Both the position numbers and the translations under genes were made by a program. Of a DNA stretch of 64,000 bases, positions 54,691 to 64,000 are shown piece after piece. The notes beneath the pieces are model-generated. The model searched no databases, was not told where the DNA came from, and worked only from the letters and a program-made list of their open reading frames with translations. Where the stretch lies: NCBI GenBank assembly GCA_951406725.2, contig OX597833.1:73036001-73100000 (forward strand), written 5' to 3'. The stretch comes from Octopus vulgaris (taxonomy: Eukaryota). Position 1 is the first letter of the stretch. The number at the start of each line of letters is the position of its first letter.

Positions 54691-56403
54691 ATATTCATGG
54701 TCGTGCTCCATGAAATAAAAAGAAATAAAAGAAATCTATATCCAGTATGATTTAACAAAATTCTTTCGGTCTTTTAATTACCAATTCCATTAAAAGCAGA
54801 GTTTTCTTTATTTACTGGCAAACAGGTTCTTAGAAATGTTTTTTTTATTTCTCTTTATTTTGTGGATGATAATGTCTTTGTCTCCGTTGTTGGACATTCT
54901 CAGTTCAAATCCGGCCTGGGTTGACTTTTTCAGTCATTCTTTTGGGATCAATATGTTTTTATGAATCATGAAATTTTAAAAAAAGGACAAAAAAAAAATA
55001 CCCCCAATCAAACCAAAATTGTTTGTCCTTGGGATTTTAAACTCCAAAGATAAAGGAGGGGGCAGCTGGTTGGGGCTGGAGGGAGATGAGAAAAAAATCC
55101 CATCTTCTGCCAGTTGTTACCTTCTACAAATATTCTTTTTTCTCAGTGGTAGTGATGATATTTGCTTTTAATCTGGATATAAAGCTAGCAGATTTAAGGT
55201 GTATGTGTGTGTATTAAGAGGAGCTAGTCAAATCCATCAACCCCAGTAGTTAACTGGTACTGTACTTTTTATCAACTCTGGGAGGATGAAAAACACAGTT
55301 GACTTTGTCAGGATTTTGAAGTCAGAATATAAAGAATGCAAAGAAATAGCACAAGACATTGGATTTTGTCCGTCCAATAATTGTAGTTGCTACTTCACAG
55401 AATCAGTTGAGCATCACCAAAAGTCCTTTGTGCTATTTGGTGTTTACATCCTATATTTTCTCATTTCAAATCCCAATGGCATCCAATTTTCCATGAATCT
55501 ATCTTCTAAAAAAAATAATCAACTTCATACTCTTGAGTGAAATGCTTCAGTATGGTCACACACCAATGTCTGAATCATTAAGTATAATAATAATAATAAT
55601 AATAATTGCAGTGGCTCTCATGGCTTCTGATCTTAACTGATTGGAAGTGTTATCATGTTCATTGTTTTGTTTTGGTATAAAAGATGGGTTGCAGCAAATA
55701 TTCTGCTCAATACCATGGATTTCATTGTCATTTGTTTGAGCTTAACCAGTTGAGCATGTCCCTTGGTGGCTGACGATTTGTGCATCTCTGATCACAAGCA
55801 GAAGTAGTGGGGGAGCATCATAGTTAAGAGAAATTTTTTGTTGGTTTGAATAATTCACCCCTGGAAACATAGGTGTTTCTTTCATCATCCTTAAACAAAC
55901 CTTATTCAGGGACCTTTTGAGAGGGGTCGGCCACTCAACCTGAAGAAAATTCTAGCTGCAAGGCCATGCGCTGTTTATAATGATATAAGATCACCAAATC
56001 ACACACATGTGGTTGTGATGCATGTGGCTGCTCACTCAATAATAATAATAACAATAATAATAATGATTTCAATATTTGACACAAGGCCAGCAATTCTAGG
56101 GGGAGTGGGTAAGTTGGTTGCATTGAAAGGGTGAATAAATTTTATCAATCCCACATCATCTGGTCTATCAGTACCAGTGCAATTACTGGTACTTTGCAAC
56201 AATGACCTGAAAGATTGACCTCTCACTTTATGAAAATTTTCAAACTTTCACAATCGTCATCAAGTTTTTTTGTGGTTTGGGGTGGGGGGCAGGGGGTAAT
56301 AATTTTTTTCAAAGTTGTGACATATGCTTTACTCACTCTCTTTCCCTCCCTCTCTCTCCTTCCCTTCTCTTAATCAATCCTTCACTCACACAGACACCTA
56401 CTG

Positions 56404-56439
<36 letters not shown>

Positions 56440-58544
56440 TATATGCAAATATAAAGTGAAGAAGAAGGAAATGATTTTCTGTCAGTTTTTGATGATGGAT
56501 TTTTCAGTTGTTTGATCCCCCGAATTCCCTCCTCTTTGTATTTACAAGTAAGTGGGCTGAGTGCTCCTCAGACACATGTAAGTCTGATGTCATACAGTTT
56601 GTGTGACAAAGTTAGGCCTTTGAATTTTGGGTATTTTAGGGGCACAAGCCCACCTGACAGCTTCCCACTTCTTTTAATTCTACCCAGTTTCACTCAGCAG
56701 GGTCTGGTTGACACACAGCTTTGGGGTAGACCCAGACCCAAAGTACCAACCTACAACCATGTATCTCATGCCCGAACCCTGCTTAGAGAAAGAAAAGACC
56801 AACACTTTAGAAATTACTCTTTCTTACCTTTTAAAGGGGGGTGGGTTGAATGATGGAGCCTGAGATCTGCAGCCTTCAGTATTCAGGACAGGGTGTTCAC
56901 TGAGGGAACATCTTCATTCGTTCAGCTCAATCAGGGACTAAACAACAGCATCCCTGCACAATCAGCTGTGTTACATATAGAGGGGTTAACTGGATTGGTC
57001 AGTCTGCTGTGTTAGAATTTGGGTGATTCCTTGCAATATATACTCTGTGTGTGTGTGTGTGTGCGCACATGGTTCATCTGCACATGAGTTTCTAGTTGCT
57101 ACTGTTCAGCCCCAAGTCGGCTCTGATCCATAACACATACAACCACATGCAGTCCATCCATGACCATTTAATCCCTTTTTTTCTTTGGCACAATGGACAC
57201 ACAATCCTCTTAGCCAATGTGTCCTTCTTTTTCAAAATTAATAGAATATGGATGTGAGTGAGATTTGGCTGCTATTCCTAGCACATAAATTGACTATGTA
57301 TGCTCTCTCTCATCTGCTTGTACTGCAGTGGGTGATTCACATATGCATTAGTATCTATCTATCTATATCACGTGATCACGTGACCGACCAGACCAGATGT
57401 TTTACACATCGCTGGTCACAATGCGTTCGCATTGTTTTAGCCTTCAAATGACGCCACCCCGCTGGCTAAGCGAGCAGGCCACTATCTATCTATCTATATA
57501 TATATATATATACATACACATTGGTACATATACATACATACATTCATATGTATGTATATTGCATGTGTTGTGTGATGTATAATTAACCTAAATTGATAAA
57601 GTTGGTTTTGTTTTGTTGCTAAGGACAAAATATTTCCTCACTAACAACAACAACAACAACACTCCTACCCCCAGCAGTGCTACAACCCTAGGAACCAACA
57701 GTGTGTGGTTGAGGAGGAGTAGCAAGACTCTTTGTGGTCTTTTTCTTGTGCTCAACATCACAGTCAAATGTCTTCCCATGCACTGGCAATATTTTCTCAA
57801 AGATTTTCGTAAGGATTGGAAAAGGGGACAGGACAGACAACCAGCCAGACAGACAGACAAACTGTTACGTTTAATAAAACTGAGATAGTATTAGACTTTA
57901 TTGATTTTGGTTGTCATCCGGATGAGGGACGTATTATTATGGCTGTGTGGTTAAGAAGCCATAATAATACCTCTTAACCAGTGTGTGGCACCTTGGGCAA
58001 GTGTCTTCTGCTATAGCCCTGGGCCAACCAATCCTGTGTGAGTAAATTTGGTAAATGGAACCTCAAAGAAACCTGGTTGTGTAAATATGTTGTGGACTGG
58101 CGAAATGATTCCTCTCCAATCCTGTTCCGGTTAGAGATGTTGATAAGTCACAAAAATGGCAAAATCATTGATACTCATCACTCCTAGATGGGATTAGAGG
58201 TGAGTTATCTCACCTGTCCATAACTTTCAGGTGTTTTAACACCTGCCGCTGGAAAGAGTATTCTCCACTGTGCCAAATTGCAAATATACTGAGCATATTA
58301 CATTAAGTTTATATAGTTGATGATATTATGTGTGTATTGTATTGTATTTGTTTGCACCTCCAGTATTTGACAACCAGTGGTGGTGGTGGTGGAGGTGTGG
58401 TGGTGTATGTCAGTTGGTGAATCCCTTTTGCTCTACCAGTTCCTCTTGTTTGTTGATTCTTTGTCCTTAGCTCAACAAGCAAATCTATGATAAAAGATGT
58501 TCCAGCCATGACTGTTCCATGTTTTCTGTGCAGATAATCTAGGA

Positions 58545-58810
58545 TCATCATCATCCTCGTTTAACGTCCGCTTTCCCTGCTGGCATGGGTTGGATGGTTT
58601 GACTGAGGGCTGGCGAACCAGATGGCTGCACCAGGCTCCAGTCTTGATCTGGCAGAGTTTCTACAGCTGGATGCCCTTCCTAATGCCAACCACTCTGAGA
58701 GTGTAGTGGGTGCTTTTTACATGCCACCGGCACAGGGGTCAGTCAGGTGAATGGTGTTTTTACATGCTACCTGCATGGGAGCCAGTCCAGCAGCACTGGC
58801 AACGACCATG
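58545..58810 (-). mobile_element. RTE-family 3' UTR copy
   Basis: Closely similar to 18127-18330. Confidence 0.7.
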
Positions 58811-58876
58811 ATCGTGTTATAAAGTAAGAGCAGGAAAAATTCCATCAAAAAATCATCCAAAATAATATTGTAGTAA

Positions 58877-59094
58877 CCCTTTCGTTATTGTATTTATTTT
58901 GAGATGCTGTGTTTCTTTCCATTATTTTGAATATTACAAAGAATTTAGTAAAATAACTTAGATATCATTAAGCTAGTGTTAGTAACATAAATTGTGACTA
59001 AGGCATGGTGGAATATTTTAATTCAAAACTTATGAAAACAAGACATTTTACCACAGAGCCAGAGGCGGTGTTGGCCGGGTTAGTATCAAAAGGG
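58877..59094. mobile_element. Second copy of the same piggyBac-type MITE
   Basis: gtaaCCCTTTCGTTA...atttattttgagatgct...cattaagctag...ataaattgtgactaagg...AAAAGGGttaa, colinear with 15096-15316. More decayed relatives appear near 4085-4260, 19910-20170 and 20950-21083. Confidence 0.8.
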
Positions 59095-59299
59095 TTAATA
59101 GAGAGATTAATAAAGTATGATTATTTAAAAAGTTTAAAATATCTTCTGATCGTTTCATGAATGTATTACCCTTCGAAATGAAATCTAAAATTGATAATCA
59201 TTATTATATTTAAAATCAGTTTGTTGTACATTAGTGGTGTGTAGCTGATCCAGTGACGACCACAAAGTGGTTCTCCTTGTTTGCTCCTGACATTCTTGT

Positions 59300-61645
59300 G
59301 TTTGCTCACCTGCTGCCACCTGGACGTCACAGCTGACGCTCAACAGAATCTCTGACAGGTGATATGAGGTAGAGAACAACCACGTTGTGAAACAATAAAT
59401 ATCTCCAAATTAGATTTCTGAGGATAACTAAATTAAATATGTTAATGCCAACTTAATTATTCATCTTTGTGTAATTAGCATCTCTGAATTATTAACTGCA
59501 GTGATTTATTTATTTTCTTTTAAACAAATCGGCTCCTTTTTCACGTCTGCTCACCTGCAAGCCTCTAACCTGGTTTACTCACCAATTTTCTCATCACTAT
59601 TCAAGGAATTATTGTCAGATTTCAAATAGGAATGTCTGCAGTTGTCTCCCATATTTTTTGAAATGATTGAAATAAATATTAAAGGGTCTTTCATCACCAG
59701 CACTCCACTGACTCTCTCTCTCTCTCCCCCTCTCTTACCTCATGATCACTGTTTTCTCTTTCCTCTCACCATCTTTTATCTCTTTCTCTCCATTCTTGTT
59801 ACTATTATTTTATTCTTACCCTTCCTCTTTCTGTCACCACTTTCCCATCTCTCGCCCCCCCCCCGTCTCTCTCTTTCTCTCCTTCTCTGTCTTTTATGCA
59901 ACCTATCTGTCCCCTCTCTCCTCCTTCTCCCCCCCCCCCATAAGTTCTTCACTCTTTGTTATAAGCCACTTGATCCTCAATGGTCCAACATTTCCCTCTC
60001 CTTAACAGCTCCCTCTTAGCTTCGTGTTGGTATTATTCTCTTGTAATATTTGCTCTCAAATTCTTTCAAGAGATCTTTACACCATTTCACATTGGCCAAC
60101 ATTGGCAGAGGTTTGAGGTTTTTTTTTTGTTTTTGTTTTTTTGATTTTGAATGTTGCCATCATTTCAACATCCACTTCTCAATACTTGCATGGCTCAGAC
60201 AGAATTCGTTGTGGCAGATTTTCTATACCTTGACACTCTTCCTGTTGCCAACCCTCGTTCTTTCAGGGTCCTGTCAGGGTCAATAAAACAAGTACCAGTT
60301 AAGCACTGGGACTGAAGTAATCGACTTAACTTTCCCCAAAAAATTTGAAACGAATTGTTGCCAACCCTCACCTGTTTCTAAGGTGTCTTTCCCTTTTTAA
60401 GATGGTGTGATGTGATTTGTATGAGAGAGACAAACCAATGAGGTAAGAGAAAGAAAAACCATTGAGGTGAGAGAGTTGAACTGCTGCTGGTTAAATACAA
60501 AAGTCATTGATATTTTGCTAAAAAATCTTGGTTTTAGTCAAGGAAGATTTTGGCTGCTGTTTCTAACAGGTTAAAATTCCCTTTGTTAACTCATTTAATG
60601 TTTATTGTTGTTGTTTGGTCAAGTTGGCGATGATGGATCAAATGTTCTTTTGTGGAGTTTGAGGAAGAATTAGTTACTATTTTTTCCAGCTGGTCAAACA
60701 ACCCTGTAAAGGCTCTCTCGTCGGTTTATTTGGCAAAATGGGTAGAAGGCAATCCCTTTAGTGTATGTCCTTCAGGCAAAGTGTTACCTGGTTTTCTTTC
60801 TACCCAGGTGCTTTAAACCACACCTGTTTCTGACTAAGAGTAATTTTTAGTTGACCTCTGCCACGTTCTCTGATAACTTCAATTGTGTTGTGTATCAAAT
60901 GAGTTAAGTAATCTTTCTTATCAGGTGCTGCTTTTACCTGTGTGTGTGTGTTTTGTGACTATCTTGATGGCCGTGTCATAGCATAATGATTTATACATAA
61001 ATAATTACAAATTTCATTGTTTACCCTTCACTCTAGATAGATCATGACTCACCCTCTCCGCCTGTTTGTCTGTCTCACACGTAACATTAGATGAGTAGAA
61101 GCACACCTTCCCAGGCATGTCATGTGCATGCGACACTCACTCGTACACACCTGTACAAATTGACGTGCGTACAAGTTGGCCTGATCAGAGTCTGAGTGTG
61201 CGGAGGAGGCCTATGCAGCAGCTGCAACAACAACAACAACAACAACACACAGTTGTTCACTTCAGCTCTTCTCTTTTTTTTTTTCTGTGCCTGTTCAAAG
61301 AATGAGAGAGAGAGAGAGAGAGAGAAAAGCCACACGGATCTCTTTGCAATGTAATGGATCTCTAACTGGACTTTGACTTGTTAGAAAGAGTGACCAAATC
61401 CCTCAGATTTCATGCTATTGTCTTCAAAAAAGAAGAAAGAGTAAGGATACACTAGCCAATGTAGTCCTTGCCTCTGGAGACAATGCATGTAGTAATCACG
61501 GCAGGACAAAAGTCCTGGCTTCGAAGTCTTGGTAGTGTCAGCGTGAGAAGTATGAGAAGGAAAATGTTGTTGTCTTTTCCTTAAATAATGGTTGCAGGTG
61601 AGATCTCATTTTTGTCTTGTGTATGGCAATGGTTGCAGGTGAGAT
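59300..61645. promoter_or_regulatory. Candidate intronic enhancer: CACCTG/CAGGTG E-box cluster
   Basis: Sites at 59307, 59317, 59356, 59552, 60369, 60805, 60821, 60922, 61148, 61595 and 61636, plus CAGCTG at 59330. Confidence 0.35.
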
Positions 61646-61744
61646 CTCGTTGTTTCAAAATGGCACTGGCTTCTTTGTGTCTCGCTATGTATGGTTGCAG
61701 ATTCAGTCATTTGTGAGGCAAATTCAGGTCTGAAATAGACACAA

Positions 61745-62870
61745 TATCTTCAGTCTACATCATGATATTGGATACTGTGCGACTAACTCAATTAGAATTA
61801 TCTTACAAAACCACCACTGTAGGATTAAATACATATCTTGGGCTGTCAAGAGATCCTCTAATGAAGTTTGTGCACCAGCATGATAAAGTAAAGAAGCTAT
61901 ACTCGGCAAACAAAGAATCTGTACAGTTTAAGAAACAACTGATGATGGAGGACCTAGGTTGAAGGTGAGTGAAAAAGTAACCCCGTTTGCTAAAAGAGTT
62001 AAGGAAGAGATGAAAAAACAAGCCCAGAAGAAGAGCAAAGAAGAATGGGAAGAAAAACCGATGCATGGCCGATACCCATGTAGAGTGAACAAACCAGACG
62101 TAGAAAAATGAGACACTCATGAATGGATGAAGAGCTCAGGACTGAAGGCTGAAATGGAAGGTTTTATCATAGCAGCACAAGATCAAAGCTCGGCAACCAG
62201 GGCTTACCACAACAAAATAATGAACGATGGCACTGACCCGAAATGCAGGATGAAACAGTGGACCACATCTTAACTGGATGCACAGCGCTTGCAAAAACCG
62301 AATATATTCATAGACACGATTGAGTAGCACAGTATATCTATTGGAAGATATGTAAACACTACCAGCTTCCAACTTCAGGAAGATGGTACCAGCATAAACC
62401 TGAAGCTGTGACTGGAAAAGATGATGTAACAGTAATCTGGGACATGCCAATCAACACCGATAAAGAAATCAAGGCAAACAGGCCGGATATAATCATCAAA
62501 GATGGGAAGAATAAGAAATGCTTAATGATAGATGTGACAGTACCATCAGAGAGAATTGTGTCCATTAAAGAAGTTGAGAAGTCATTTAAGTACAAAGACC
62601 TAGAAATAGAAGTGACCAAGATGTGGGGAATGAAAAGCAGCATAGCACCAGTGGGGATTAGAGCATTAGGGCTAATTAAAAAGGACCTTGATAAGCAGCT
62701 CAACAAACTCCCTTGCAGTGTTAACGTGGGAGAACTTCAGAAAATAGTGTTGCTAGATTCAGCACACATTTTACCACGTGTACTCTCCATGAGATGAGGA
62801 CCTGCTGTGACCCTAGGGTCAAGGGATGACTCCGGTTCAACAGAAGACAATGGACCATATTTTATTTAAA
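61745..62870 (+). mobile_element. 5'-truncated non-LTR retrotransposon with restriction-like endonuclease (R4/Dong-like), decayed
   Basis: MHGRY...WMKSSGLKAEMEGFIIAAQDQ...DPKCRM..TVDHILTGC..LAKTEYIHRHD (CCHC knuckle plus RHD), then IWDMPINTDKEIKANRPDIIIKD..KKCLMIDVTVP...KEVEK..KYKDL...VGIRALG...LQKIVLL (PD-D RLE domain; ORF 62408-62797). Stops and frameshifts are present. Confidence 0.9.
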
Positions 62871-64000
62871 ATAAATCCTTTCTGCTATAGGCCTGAAATT
62901 TTTGTGGGTGGGGTCTATTCAATTACATCAACCCCAATGTGTAAGTGGTATTTATTTTATTAACCCTGAATGGTTGAAAGGTAAAACTAAGATGGATGAA
63001 ATGGCTTTGTCCGGCCAATGATTCTGTCAGGTGGCTGCCTTCAACTAAATATTAATAATTGTTAGCATACTGATTCACCTATTCTGAAGTGGGTCTCTAG
63101 TTTGGCTGAGAGTGTAGTTTAGATGTGTTTGAAAACAAAGACAAAAAAAGGCAAAACAAACAATGGCTTGAGGGCAGCTGATATAAAAGTGGGGGTGGGA
63201 CTGATGATGAAACTGGGGGGGGGTAGCAGCTGTCCTAGATATTTCTTTGTATGATTATACACCATCATCATCCTCATTTGGCTGTTGGCATTTTAAAAGG
63301 ACATTGAATGAATTACGTGACTGTAATGTATGTGTGTGCTAAATGCACACACACACACACACACACATATCTATTTAGCTATTTATTTAAATCAGTGCAT
63401 TTAAATATAACAAAGCATTGCTGTTAGTGAAATAATGTAAGCACATTCCTTCTGTGCTTTGGTGTACAGAAATTATGTCTACTTGTGTGTGTGTGTGTGT
63501 GATTAATTTCATTCAAATGAAACTAAAGCTTCATACATTGAATATATTTTTGCAGTTGTTTGTGTATCTAAACCTAGACAAAAGCCAGCCCTAGAAACAG
63601 GACAGATTGATTGTCAGGGACATTGATTTATCTTGCATTATCAGTGAAGAATTTATCATAAATTAGGGATTAGGTTCATGAGAATAAGACTAAACAGACC
63701 CAAAGGTGCAGAGTAAGCTTCAAAGGGAAGACAAGGAAGCAGAAAAACCCCTTGGCTGGGGCCCAGGTTCAAAGGAGGAAATGGTAGGAACCTGTATCTT
63801 GATCATCTGGGAGTTTCTACAGGCACAAGAATAAAGTTCATAGCTCCTCTTCTTCCAGAGGGTCTAGTGGTTGGTCTGAACTTCGATGAAGGAAGGTATA
63901 GCCCCTTAGGTATAATTCCATGTAAATCCAGGCAGTATTTTGAATGTTGCATTCATGTTGAAGGAATAGAATTAAGTCAAGGAAGGAATAGAATTTATAT

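Noticed and set aside
56512-56853. 113-aa non-repetitive ORF
   Set aside because: Non-ATG start, no recognisable domain or splice signals; possibly a decayed element that I cannot assign.

Overview
AT-rich eukaryotic (animal) genomic DNA, dense in microsatellites, SINEs and decayed transposons. The repeat families look like those I recall from octopus (coleoid cephalopod) genomes; this is an inference. The window is best read as the 5' part of one large + strand gene: a first coding exon at 4515-4814 whose peptide (METEPFLPF...SSTDEEMLDI...G, phase-1 donor) resembles the N-termini of ClC-3/4/5 H+/Cl- exchangers, followed by an intron of more than 59 kb. I see no downstream core exon in the window. 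Inside the intron are several further candidate exons that end at a phase-1 donor (19419-19440, 24305-24346, 32517-32580, 47851-47908), which may be alternative N-terminal modules. The intron also holds a perfect 143-bp inverted repeat and many inverted SINE/LINE pairs (possible dsRNA/ADAR substrates), plus an E-box cluster. Mobile elements include an internally deleted Helitron with both ends, a Penelope-like element, two Tc1/mariner remnants, piggyBac-type MITEs, RTE LINE fragments and an R4/Dong-type LINE 3' end. Nearly all ORFs in the supplied track are artefacts of microsatellites or repeats. Repeat boundaries are approximate unless stated to the base.
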